Assembly (NCBI RefSeq): GCF_002216855.1
Contig: NZ_CP022355.1
Span: 1,072,695-1,096,694 of the forward strand
DNA from: Paraphotobacterium marinum
Lineage (GTDB): Bacteria; Pseudomonadota; Gammaproteobacteria; Enterobacterales; Vibrionaceae
Length of the DNA: 24,000 bases
Reading direction: 5' to 3'
The position numbers and the translations under genes are program-made. Below are positions 1 through 9,608 of this stretch, piece by piece. The notes below the pieces were generated by a model that saw nothing but the letters and a program-made list of their open reading frames with translations, had not been told where the DNA came from and ran no database searches. Each line of letters opens with the position of its first letter. The stretch's first letter is position 1.

Positions 1-1
1 G

Positions 2-1660
2 GATATTCGTGAAATATTAGATAATGTGCAATATAAACCAACCAAGTCACGATTTAAAATATACATTATTGATGAAGTTCATATGCTCTCTAAGAGCAGT
101 TTTAATGCTCTTTTAAAGACACTTGAAGAACCTCCTCAATATGTAAAGTTTATTCTTGCGACAACTGATCCCCAAAAAATACCTCTTACAGTCATATCAA
201 GGTGTCTTCAATTTAAATTAAAGCCTATTACAACAGATATTTTGAATAAACAATTAGAAAAAATATTGATGCATGAAAATATTACCTTTGATATAGAAGC
301 TATTGCTCAAATATCAAAAGAAGCAAAAGGAAGTTTAAGAGATGCTCTGAGTCTTACTGAACAAGCTATTTTAATGAGTTCTACTGACAATAAACATATC
401 AGTGATAGTCTAGTTAGATCTATGCTGGGCTTAATAAGTCAGGAAGATAGTTTGAACTTTTTGATAAAATTTGCAAAAGAAGGGGTAAATTGTTTATCTA
501 AAGCACTAATATTTTTTAATGCAAAGGGAGTTGACTGGTTAAAATTATTAAAAAACTTACATAGTGATTTACATAAAGTTGCAATGTATCAAGTCCTTTC
601 TGAAAATTTATTTATTACTGATGCTAGCACTGAAGAATATAAAAGAAAAATTGAATACTTATCGAATAAATTTTCCCCTCAGGAAATACAAGTTTTCTGC
701 GAAATTATTATAAAGTCTATAAAAGATTTAGAGTTCAGTCCAACAGAACAAACAGGTTTTGAAATAGCGATTTTACGGATGTACGCATTTCGAATTGATG
801 AAGGTGAATTTTTGTTTAAAGCTTCAGACATGAATTCTGCTTCAGAATCTGAAGGCATTAAAAGAAATTGTTTAAAACAAAATAATAAGCAAGAAGTAGT
901 TTCAGAACAAAATAACAATTTTATAAAAGAAAATAAAATTGTTTCATCTAAAACTGAAGATAATAATTTTGAGCAAATTGTAGAAAAAAAAATTGAATCT
1001 AAAACTAATCTAACTAATGAAAAACATAGTTTTAGTGGAGATATAGAAAAGCCATCTTTGTCAGACAGCTTAATAAAATCAAGAAATTTGCTTCGCGCAA
1101 AAGAAGAAAAAAAAAAAGATAAATTAACGACTCTATCAGCGCCTAATGGTAAGACGGATTCTGAAGGATTTGACAAAAAAAGCTCTCTAGAAGAGCCTAT
1201 TCATCCAGAAAAAATGATAATAAACCAAGAAAAAATCCATTCATCCCATCTGATAAGTAATTTATCTGATGAAAACGATGAGTTCATTAATATTGAAAAA
1301 TGGTCTACAATAATTGAAAAATTATCAGTATCTAAAATATCAAAACAAATATTGCTTAATTCAGCCATGAAGAAGCACAAACAGCTTATTAATTTGTTTC
1401 TTAGAGATTCCCATAAACAACTACAACAAAAAAAATATATGAATGAAATAAAATCGGAGTTATCTGATTTTTTTGGGGAGGCTGTAAACATAGAAGTTTT
1501 TATAACGAAAGAAGGTATTACTCCAAATGAAAGAAAAGACTTTTTAAGGGAACAAAAATTAACTAATATTAAGAAAGAAATAAATACAAATGAAAATGTT
1601 AAGTTTTTTATTGAAAATTTTGATGCACAAGTGGATTATAATAATATAGAATTATATTAA
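2..1660 (+). CDS. dnaX: DNA polymerase III subunit tau/gamma (DnaX), 5-prime end cut by the window edge
   Basis: The frame of ORF 26..1660 stays open back to nt 2 (DIREILDNVQYKPTKSRFKIYIIDEVHML...). Clamp-loader AAA+ motifs are present: Walker B IDEVHML, ATTDPQKIP, the SRC motif VISRCLQF, and GSLRDALSL. The C-terminal roughly 120 aa aligns to E. coli tau domain V. The middle is a lineage-specific K/E/N/S-rich low-complexity linker. Confidence 0.95.
   Translation, partial: DIREILDNVQYKPTKSRFKIYIIDEVHMLSKSSFNALLKTLEEPPQYVKFILATTDPQKIPLTVISRCLQFKLKPITTDILNKQLEKILMHENITFDIEAIAQISKEAKGSLRDALSLTEQAILMSSTDNKHISDSLVRSMLGLISQEDSLNFLIKFAKEGVNCLSKALIFFNAKGVDWLKLLKNLHSDLHKVAMYQVLSENLFITDASTEEYKRKIEYLSNKFSPQEIQVFCEIIIKSIKDLEFSPTEQTGFEIAILRMYAFRIDEGEFLFKASDMNSASESEGIKRNCLKQNNKQEVVSEQNNNFIKENKIVSSKTEDNNFEQIVEKKIESKTNLTNEKHSFSGDIEKPSLSDSLIKSRNLLRAKEEKKKDKLTTLSAPNGKTDSEGFDKKSSLEEPIHPEKMIINQEKIHSSHLISNLSDENDEFINIEKWSTIIEKLSVSKISKQILLNSAMKKHKQLINLFLRDSHKQLQQKKYMNEIKSELSDFFGEAVNIEVFITKEGITPNERKDFLREQKLTNIKKEINTNENVKFFIENFDAQVDYNNIELY
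1107..1117 (+). other. A11 homopolymer inside dnaX, in phase as overlapping A_AAA_AAA heptamers; candidate gamma-producing slippage site
   Basis: The zero frame reads GAA GAA AAA AAA AAA GAT AAA. After a -1 slip, or one extra A in the mRNA, the frame reads AGA TAA (stop at 1120..1122). With one A fewer it reads ATA AAT TAA. The tract lies between domain III and domain V, as does the E. coli A_AAA_AAG site. Confidence 0.5.
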
Positions 1661-1687
1661 AGTTTTTATTTATTGAGAGAGAAATTT

Positions 1688-2017
1688 ATGTTTAACAAAG
1701 GTGGAATGGGCAATTTAATGAAACAAGCCCAGCAAATGCAAGAAAAGATGGCAAAAATGCAAGAAGAGATTGCTAACATGGAAGTTACTGGTGAATCAGG
1801 AGCTGGTTTAGTTAAAATAACTATTACTGGTTCGCATAACGTTAGAAAAGTCCACATTGACGATTCATTACTAGATGATGACAAAGATATGCTTGAAGAT
1901 TTAATTGCAGCGGCATTTAATGATGCAAGTAGAAGAGTTGATGAAGCTCAAAAAGAAAAGATGTCGGCAGTTGGTGGAGGTATGAACTTACCGGCGGGAT
2001 TTAAAATGCCATTTTAA
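1688..2017 (+). CDS. ybaB: Nucleoid-associated protein YbaB/EbfC
   Basis: [21 protein letters not shown]...GFKMPF is near-identical in pattern to E. coli YbaB. I prefer the ATG at 1688 over the TTG at 1673 because the homologue starts at MF.KGG. It sits in the conserved dnaX-ybaB-recR position. Confidence 0.93.
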   Translation: MFNKGGMGNLMKQAQQMQEKMAKMQEEIANMEVTGESGAGLVKITITGSHNVRKVHIDDSLLDDDKDMLEDLIAAAFNDASRRVDEAQKEKMSAVGGGMNLPAGFKMPF

Positions 2018-2025
2018 AGCATCTT

Positions 2026-2625
2026 ATGAAAAATAGTAAGTTAATAGAAACAGCTATAGAGGCTCTCACTTGCTTACCAGGTGTGGGGCCTAAATCTGCA
2101 CAAAGAATGATATATTCGTTATTAAAAAATAACAGACATGGTGGAATTAATTTAAGTCAAGTTTTGAAACAAGCTATGACTGAAGTTTCAAATTGTAGTG
2201 TATGTCAGACTTATACTGAAAATGAGATCTGTGAGATCTGTCTTAATAAAGATAGATTGGCTACAGGTACGGTTTGTGTGGTTGAAAACCCATCTGATAT
2301 AATTGCTGTTGAAAGAACAGGTCAGTTTGATGGACGTTATTTTGTTCTTCATGGCAACTTATCTCCTATAGATGGAATTTCTCCTGAAGATTTAAAGATA
2401 GACATACTGGAAAATCAATTGAAAAGTGGTAATATTTCTGAAGTGATTCTTGCAACAAGCTCAACTATTCATGGGGAAGCTACAGCACTTTTCATCTCCG
2501 AAATTTGTAAGAAATATAAAATTCAATCTACTCGCATTGCTTATGGTATTCCAATTGGTGGTGAGCTTGATTTAGTGGATGGTAGTACTCTAATTCATGC
2601 ATTTTCCGGTCGTAAAACATATTAG
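2026..2625 (+). CDS. recR: Recombination protein RecR
   Basis: It has the LPGVGPKSAQRM helix-hairpin-helix, the C4 zinc motif (CSVC...CEIC), and a Toprim region (VCVVENPSDIIAVERTGQFDGRYFVL). It aligns full-length to E. coli RecR. Confidence 0.95.
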   Translation: MKNSKLIETAIEALTCLPGVGPKSAQRMIYSLLKNNRHGGINLSQVLKQAMTEVSNCSVCQTYTENEICEICLNKDRLATGTVCVVENPSDIIAVERTGQFDGRYFVLHGNLSPIDGISPEDLKIDILENQLKSGNISEVILATSSTIHGEATALFISEICKKYKIQSTRIAYGIPIGGELDLVDGSTLIHAFSGRKTY

Positions 2626-2648
2626 CATAAAAAATTTTTACATTCTGA

Positions 2649-2677
2649 CTTGATAAAAATAAATTTGCCCCTATTTA
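2649..2677 (+). promoter_or_regulatory. Sigma-32 (heat-shock) type promoter for htpG
   Basis: CTTGATAA (2649..2656) is followed after a roughly 12-13 nt spacer by CCCCTATTTA (2668..2677). This matches the RpoH consensus CTTGAAA / CCCCATnT. It lies about 44 nt upstream of the htpG ATG, which has an AGGAG RBS at 2711..2715. A GC-rich CCCC box stands out in this AT-rich spacer. Confidence 0.6.
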
Positions 2678-2720
2678 TAAGACATATCAAAATTTTTATT
2701 CTTCAATCTTAGGAGTAACT

Positions 2721-4625
2721 ATGTCAGAACAAGTAACAAGTCAAAAAGAGACTCTAGGCTTTCAATCTGAAGTCAAACAATTATTAAATTTAATGATTCA
2801 TTCTTTGTATTCAAATAAGGAAATCTTTTTAAGAGAATTAATTTCTAATGCCTCTGATGCTGCTGATAAGTTAAGATTTAAAGCCTTATCTGATTCAGAA
2901 TTATATCAAAATGATGCTGATCTTAGAGTAAGGCTTTCTTTTGATGAAGAAGCAGGGACATTGACTATAAGTGATAATGGTATTGGAATGAACCGTTCTG
3001 AGATTATTGAGCATTTAGGAACAATCGCGAAATCTGGAACAGCTGAGTTTTTTGAAAAGTTGAGTCAAGATGAGACTAAAGATTCTCAATTAATAGGTCA
3101 GTTTGGGGTTGGCTTTTATTCTGCATTTATCGTTGCAAATGAAGTAACTGTAATTTCTCGTTCGGCATTTTCGTCTGAAAATGATGCTGTCCAGTGGCAT
3201 TCTCTTGGAGAAGGAGAATATACTATTGAAAATGTCTCCAAAAAAGAAAGAGGTACAGATATAATTCTTCATTTAAAAGAAGAAGAAAAAGAATTTTTAA
3301 ATGACTACCGGTTAAGAGAAGTTGTTGGTAAATATTCCGATCATATAGGTATACCTGTATATATTTGGACTACAGAAAAAGATGAAGATGGTAAGCCAAA
3401 AGAGAGTAAATGGGAGCAAATAAACAAGGCTCAGGCACTTTGGACTCGCTCCAAATCAGACATTTCTAAAGAAGAGTATAACGAATTTTATAAACATATC
3501 TCCCATGATTTTTCCGAACCACTAACGTGGTCACACAATAAAGTTGAAGGCAAACAAGATTACACAAGTCTATTATATGTACCAAGTAAAGCCCCATGGG
3601 ATCTTTACAATAGAGATCAAAAGCATGGATTGAAGCTTTATGTACAAAGAGTGTTCATAATGGATGATGCTGAACAATTTATGCCAAGTTATTTAAGATT
3701 TATGAAAGGGCTAATTGATTCGAATGATTTACCTTTAAATGTTTCTCGTGAAATATTACAGGATAATAAGGTGACTCAATCATTAAGAAATGCTTGCACG
3801 AAAAGAACTTTACAAATGCTAGAAAAATTATCAAACAATGATAATGATAAATATCAAGCATTCTGGAATGAATTTGGACAAGTTTTGAAAGAAGGGCTTG
3901 CTGAAGATTTTTCAAATAAGGAAAAAATTGCAAACCTATTAAGGTTTTCAACAACTAACAATGAATCTAATCAGCAGAATGTTTCTTTGAAAAATTACTT
4001 GGAAAGAATGTCAGAAGATCAAGACACTATTTATTACTTAACAGCTGACAGTTATAGCACAGCCATAAACAGTCCACACTTAGAGCAGTTTAAATCGAAA
4101 GGGATTGAAGTTATTTTAATGTATGATCGCATTGATGAGTGGATGATGAGTTATTTAACTGAGTTTGAAGGTAAAAAACTACAATCAATTAGTAAGTCAG
4201 ATTTAGACTTAAGTAAATTTGAGTCTGATGAAGATAAAGAAAAGAAAGAACAAACTGAAAAAGAGTTTTCTTCAGTGGTTGAAAGAATCAAAACTTATTT
4301 AAGTGACAGAGTTAAAGATGTTAAAACAACTTTTAAGCTTAATAATACACCGGCGATAGTTGTTACTGATGAAAATGAAATGGGAACTCAAATGGCGAAA
4401 TTACTTGCTGCTGCAGGTCAAAATGCACCAGAAGTAAAATATATATTTGAAATTAACCCTGAACATACATTAATTAAACAAATGGCTGATGAAGCAGATG
4501 AAGAAACTTTTAATCACTGGGTTGAGTACTTAATTGGACAAGCAATGTTATCTGAAAAGGGAATGATGGAAGATACATCTAAATTTGTTTCCGCAACTCA
4601 AGCTCTTTTAGGAAAATTAGCTTAA
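2721..4625 (+). CDS. htpG: Molecular chaperone HtpG (Hsp90)
   Basis: It aligns full-length to E. coli HtpG: [57 protein letters not shown]. Confidence 0.97.
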   Translation: MSEQVTSQKETLGFQSEVKQLLNLMIHSLYSNKEIFLRELISNASDAADKLRFKALSDSELYQNDADLRVRLSFDEEAGTLTISDNGIGMNRSEIIEHLGTIAKSGTAEFFEKLSQDETKDSQLIGQFGVGFYSAFIVANEVTVISRSAFSSENDAVQWHSLGEGEYTIENVSKKERGTDIILHLKEEEKEFLNDYRLREVVGKYSDHIGIPVYIWTTEKDEDGKPKESKWEQINKAQALWTRSKSDISKEEYNEFYKHISHDFSEPLTWSHNKVEGKQDYTSLLYVPSKAPWDLYNRDQKHGLKLYVQRVFIMDDAEQFMPSYLRFMKGLIDSNDLPLNVSREILQDNKVTQSLRNACTKRTLQMLEKLSNNDNDKYQAFWNEFGQVLKEGLAEDFSNKEKIANLLRFSTTNNESNQQNVSLKNYLERMSEDQDTIYYLTADSYSTAINSPHLEQFKSKGIEVILMYDRIDEWMMSYLTEFEGKKLQSISKSDLDLSKFESDEDKEKKEQTEKEFSSVVERIKTYLSDRVKDVKTTFKLNNTPAIVVTDENEMGTQMAKLLAAAGQNAPEVKYIFEINPEHTLIKQMADEADEETFNHWVEYLIGQAMLSEKGMMEDTSKFVSATQALLGKLA

Positions 4626-4634
4626 ACATTAATT

Positions 4635-4657
4635 GTAAGTGGATAATATCCACTTAC
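4635..4657. terminator. Perfect 23-nt palindrome (hairpin) between htpG and adk; no U-tract
   Basis: gtaagtggata-a-tatccacttac has 11-nt arms centred on 4646. No T-run follows on either strand, so it is not a canonical intrinsic terminator. It may be an attenuator or an mRNA 3-prime stabiliser. Confidence 0.35.
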
Positions 4658-4677
4658 GAAATAAGAAAAGGTTTTAA

Positions 4678-5322
<645 letters not shown>

Positions 5323-5376
5323 AATCTGTAAAAGGTTAATTATTATCTGGATTAGTCCATCTTGTGGAAATAAAAT

Positions 5377-6348
5377 ATGAAAAAAAAAGGATTATTACTT
5401 GTAAATTTGGGTTCTCCTGAAAGTTATTCAAAAAAAGATATAAGAGCTTTTTTGAAGCAGTTCTTATCTGATAGACGGGTAATTGAAAAGTCTCCCTTAA
5501 TTTGGAAACCAATTTTATATTTAGTAATTCTTCCATTTAGAAGCAGGAAAAATATCGAGGCTTATAAATCCATTTGGACAGAAAAAGGCTCTCCATTAAA
5601 GCTTTATAGTAGAAAACAGAAAGAAAAAATTGAAGATGAAATTGATTTCCCCGTTGAGTATTCAATGACTTATGGGGAACCTTCGATTTCTAATGCTCTG
5701 AAAGAATTAATTGAATCCAAAAATTGTGAAAATATTATGGTTTTACCAATGTTTCCTCAATTTTCGGCAACAACATCAGCTGCTGTATTTGATCAGATAG
5801 GTCAATACTTTAAAAACAAACGGTTTATTCCTCAAATACAATTTATCAATTATTATTTTAATCATCCTCATTATATTAGAGTGTTGGCTAATAGCATCAC
5901 TCAACATAGAAAAAAACATAAAAAATCAAATCTTATAATTTGCTCTTATCATGGTATCCCTAAAGATTATTCTGATAAAGGTGATCCTTATTACGAACAA
6001 TGTATTGAAAACACTAAGTTATTAAAAGAAGAACTTAAGCTTTCTGATAAGGATATAATTACAACTTTCCAATCTAGGCTTGGTCCTCAAGAGTGGTTAA
6101 AACCCTATACTTTTGATACTTTAAAAGCTCTCGGTAAACAAGGAATACAAGAAATTGATATACTTTCTCCATCTTTCTCTGTGGACTGTTTGGAAACTTT
6201 AGAAGAAATTAAAGAGGAAGCTGAAGAGGTTTTTATTAGTGCTGGAGGAAAAAAATTGAATTATATACCTTGTTTGAATGATGAAAATGAACATATTCAA
6301 TTTTTGGTATCGTTTATTAAAGAAAATTTTCATTCCACAAGTAATTAA
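5377..6348 (+). CDS. hemH: Ferrochelatase
   Basis: LLVNLGSPES...FLKQFLSDRRV, PMFPQFSATT, SYHGIP, CLETLEEI. It is collinear with E. coli HemH. It starts ATG AAA AAA AAA, an intact A9 tract at 5380..5388. Confidence 0.95.
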   Translation: MKKKGLLLVNLGSPESYSKKDIRAFLKQFLSDRRVIEKSPLIWKPILYLVILPFRSRKNIEAYKSIWTEKGSPLKLYSRKQKEKIEDEIDFPVEYSMTYGEPSISNALKELIESKNCENIMVLPMFPQFSATTSAAVFDQIGQYFKNKRFIPQIQFINYYFNHPHYIRVLANSITQHRKKHKKSNLIICSYHGIPKDYSDKGDPYYEQCIENTKLLKEELKLSDKDIITTFQSRLGPQEWLKPYTFDTLKALGKQGIQEIDILSPSFSVDCLETLEEIKEEAEEVFISAGGKKLNYIPCLNDENEHIQFLVSFIKENFHSTSN

Positions 6349-6387
6349 AGTTATGTTAATATCTTCTTTTATTTTTAGTTTATTTAT

Positions 6388-7689
6388 ATGAAGTTTCCAG
6401 GTAGAAGAAAAACAAAACATTATTTTCCCATTGATGATGCTAATAATCAAAGCTCATTAAAGTCCCAGAAGCAATTTAAACGCAGACATCTCATTGGGAT
6501 TGATCAAACTATGGTTGATATTGAGGCAAAAGTGTCTGATGACTTTCTTAGGAAGTTCGATTTAATAAAAGGTTCTTCTTTTATTATTGATAACCAAAAA
6601 GCTCTCAAGTTACATAATGAGCTTATTTCTGAAAATTTAATTGAATATGAACATCCTGGTGGAACTATAGCCAATACTTTACATAATTATTCTATGCTGG
6701 CTGATGATAAGTCTGTTTTGTTGGGAGTGATGAGTAAAAAAATCAACGTAGGATCTTTTGCTTACAAATATTTATGTCATTCATCTAGTCGAATGGATTT
6801 AAATTATCTTGATGCTGTCGATGGGCCGATTGGAAGATGCTATACATTAATTAGCTCTGATGGTGAACGTACATTTGCTATTAATAAAGGGTCTATGAAC
6901 GAATTATCACCTAAAGCTATTGATGAAAGTATTTTTCAAGATTCATGTGCTCTTGTTATAAGTGCTTATATCACAAGATGTGAAAGTTATGAAGAAATCC
7001 AGCGATCATCGGAAAAAGCTATTGCGATAGCAAAAAATTATAAGATACCAGTTGTTTTATCTACAGGTACAAAATTTCTCATACAAGATAGACCTGAATG
7101 GTGGTTAAACTTTATTAAAGAAAATATCGATATTTTAGCTATGAATGAAGAAGAATCAATGGCTTTAACAGGATGTGAAAATGTCATTGAATCAATGAAC
7201 CAATTATTAGATATTACTGATTATATATTATGTACAGTTGGTTCTGAAGGAATTTATACAGCTGGTTATACTGATGATGATGCTAAAAGATTAACAACTT
7301 TGCCATTAATCTCAAACTTTAAAGAGAAGTTTAATGAATACGAATTTAGTCGAGCAATGATGAAATCTGATTGCATACAACCTTTAAAAGTATTTTCTTA
7401 TAAAGCACCTTTCAAAGGCGGACCAGAAAAGATAAAAAATACAAATGGTGCAGGTGATGGGGCTTTAGCTGCCTTATTACATGACATTTCAGCAAATCAA
7501 TTTCATAGAGATAATTATCCTAATTCAGAAAAACATAATTTTAATTTTTTAACTTACTCTTCATTCTCGCAAGTTTGTAAATACGCAAATAGAGTTAGTT
7601 ACGAAGTTATTTCACAACACTCTCCTAGACTAATGAGAGGGCTTCCTGAAAAAGAGGATTGTTTAGAGGAAGCCTATTGGGATAATTAA
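6388..7689 (+). CDS. gsk: Inosine-guanosine kinase
   Basis: MKFPGRRKTKHYFP...GIDQTMVDIEAKV...NTNGAGDGALAALLHDI...SPRLMRGLPEKEDCLEEAYWD is collinear with E. coli Gsk over the whole length. Confidence 0.95.
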   Translation: MKFPGRRKTKHYFPIDDANNQSSLKSQKQFKRRHLIGIDQTMVDIEAKVSDDFLRKFDLIKGSSFIIDNQKALKLHNELISENLIEYEHPGGTIANTLHNYSMLADDKSVLLGVMSKKINVGSFAYKYLCHSSSRMDLNYLDAVDGPIGRCYTLISSDGERTFAINKGSMNELSPKAIDESIFQDSCALVISAYITRCESYEEIQRSSEKAIAIAKNYKIPVVLSTGTKFLIQDRPEWWLNFIKENIDILAMNEEESMALTGCENVIESMNQLLDITDYILCTVGSEGIYTAGYTDDDAKRLTTLPLISNFKEKFNEYEFSRAMMKSDCIQPLKVFSYKAPFKGGPEKIKNTNGAGDGALAALLHDISANQFHRDNYPNSEKHNFNFLTYSSFSQVCKYANRVSYEVISQHSPRLMRGLPEKEDCLEEAYWDN

Positions 7690-7695
7690 GAGTAA

Positions 7696-9357
7696 TTAAT
7701 ATCCATCGGTATGAATTTCTGATATTATTCTACCGGAAGGGTCATTAGAGTTTTTAAATGAGCTATCCCAATTTATTGCTTCTGGAGTAGAGCAAGCCAC
7801 TGTTGGACCACCAGGCACAAGTTCTAAAGAACCTTTTGTTTTAAACAGCTTTTCAAAGATATCTCTATAAAGGTATCCTTCCTTAGTTTTAGGAGTATTA
7901 AAAGGAAATTTGTATGAAGCATTTTTCATATCTTCATCAGATATTTTTTGTTCTGAATATTCCTTCAATGAATCAATCCAACTATAACCAACACCATCTG
8001 AAAATTGTTCTTTTTGCCGGTTAATGATCTCATTTGGTAAATTTTCTTTGAAAATATCTCTCAAAACCTGCTTTTCAATTTTTGATTTAGTTACCATTTT
8101 CAACTTTGGATCCATATTCATTGCTGCATCTAAAAACTGTTTGTCAAGAAATGGTACTCTAGTTTCAATTCCCCAAGCAGCCATGGATTTATTTGCTCGA
8201 TTACAGTCAAATTTATTTAATGCGAAAACTTTTCTTATAGTTTCTTTATGAAACTCATGATGATTTGGAGCTTTATGAAAATACAAATAGCCACCAAATA
8301 TCTCATCTGCGCCTTCTCCTGATAGAACCATTTTTATTCCCATTGCTTTTATTTTCCTAGCCATTAAAAACATTGGAGTAGAAGCCCTGATAGTTGTAAT
8401 ATCATATGTTTCTAGGTGATAAATTATATCTTCAAGAGAATCCAACCCTTCCTGAATAGTATACTCAAAACTATGGTGGATGGTTCCAATGTAATCAGCA
8501 ACAGTTTGTGCAGCTTTAAGATCAGGGGAATTTTTTAAACCAATTGCGAAAGAATGAAGAGATGGCCACCAAGCGGTTGATTTGCTATCATCTTCAATTC
8601 TTTTGGTTGAGAACTTTTTTGCGATTGAAGCAATAATGGAGGAGTCAAGACCACCTGATAGTAAGACACCGTAGGGTACATCACACATTAATTGTCTTTT
8701 AACAGCACTTTCTAATTCATGTTTAATCGCCTTTGGTGTTGAAAAATTAAGATTTTCAACTTTTGACGTTTCCCAGGATGGCTTATAGTATCTAATATAT
8801 GTCTTATTTTGGCTGGAGTAGTAATGTCCTGGGGGAAACTCAGATACATTTGAGCATACGTCCTCAAGAGCTTTAAGTTCAGATGCGATATAAATTTGTT
8901 CTATTTTATCAATTCCCTGGTATAATGGCACTATTCCAATATGGTCTCTAGCAATGAAGTATATATCTTTATTTTGATCATATAAAATAAAAGAAAAAAT
9001 ACCGTTTAATTTATTAATGAAATCAATTCCATATTTTTCGTATAAAGCTATGATTATTTCACAATCTGAGTCAGTTTGAAATTTGTAATCCATGACTTCA
9101 CTTCTTAACTCATTATGATTATATATTTCACCATTTACGGCAAGTACGATGGATTTATCATTGTTAAATAAAGGTTGTCCACCACTATTTAACCCAACAA
9201 TAGCCAGCCTTTCATGAGCTAAAATAACACTACTAGATGCAAAAATACCTGACCAATCAGGTCCTCTGTGTCTTAATTTTTTTGATTGGATTAATGCTAT
9301 TTTTCGCATTTTTTCCATATCATCTTTAAGTCCTAATATTCCTAATATTCCACACAT
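7696..9357 (-). CDS. asnB: Asparagine synthetase B (glutamine-hydrolysing)
   Basis: MCGILGIL carries the N-terminal nucleophile Cys2. SGGLDSS is the PP-loop. It aligns full-length to E. coli AsnB. Confidence 0.97.
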   Translation of the reverse strand: MCGILGILGLKDDMEKMRKIALIQSKKLRHRGPDWSGIFASSSVILAHERLAIVGLNSGGQPLFNNDKSIVLAVNGEIYNHNELRSEVMDYKFQTDSDCEIIIALYEKYGIDFINKLNGIFSFILYDQNKDIYFIARDHIGIVPLYQGIDKIEQIYIASELKALEDVCSNVSEFPPGHYYSSQNKTYIRYYKPSWETSKVENLNFSTPKAIKHELESAVKRQLMCDVPYGVLLSGGLDSSIIASIAKKFSTKRIEDDSKSTAWWPSLHSFAIGLKNSPDLKAAQTVADYIGTIHHSFEYTIQEGLDSLEDIIYHLETYDITTIRASTPMFLMARKIKAMGIKMVLSGEGADEIFGGYLYFHKAPNHHEFHKETIRKVFALNKFDCNRANKSMAAWGIETRVPFLDKQFLDAAMNMDPKLKMVTKSKIEKQVLRDIFKENLPNEIINRQKEQFSDGVGYSWIDSLKEYSEQKISDEDMKNASYKFPFNTPKTKEGYLYRDIFEKLFKTKGSLELVPGGPTVACSTPEAINWDSSFKNSNDPSGRIISEIHTDGY

Positions 9358-9509
9358 TAGTTTTGTTTTCCTTTTGAATTGAGTCCCTAAAATTAATATG
9401 CTTTATTTTTACTGTAAAATCTAGTACTTATTATCGAAGTTATATATTTTTCCTAAGAATTTTTTATATGGTAGGCATTTGATGACTCTAAAATTTTAAT
9501 GTCAACTTC

Positions 9510-9558
9510 ATTAAAACTCTTAATTACAACTATGAATATTGTAATTAAGAGTTTTAAT
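9510..9558. repeat. Perfect 20-bp inverted repeat with a 9-nt loop; possible nagA 3-prime hairpin
   Basis: attaaaactcttaattacaa (9510..9529), loop ctatgaata, then ttgtaattaagagttttaat (9539..9558), which is the exact reverse complement. It lies 51 nt downstream of the nagA stop on the minus strand. The stem is mostly A/T and no U-tract follows. Confidence 0.5.
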
Positions 9559-9608
9559 ATTGATAGATAAAGTCTTAAATTAGAATTGATTGGAATGAAG
9601 TGTTAATT

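Noticed and set aside
679-1491. Long antisense ORFs (165 aa and 96 aa) opposite the dnaX linker region
   Set aside because: They lie opposite a confidently homologous gene. The sense strand here is GAA/AAA/AAT-rich, so the antisense strand is TTC/TTT/ATT-rich and nearly free of stops by composition. The products are low-complexity F/S/L-rich with no recognisable motifs.
7690-7695. Only 6 bp separate the convergent gsk and asnB stop codons, with no terminator hairpin
   Set aside because: It is a real observation, but it is typical of deletion junctions in compact genomes. It implies overlapping 3-prime UTRs, and I cannot support any specific function from sequence.
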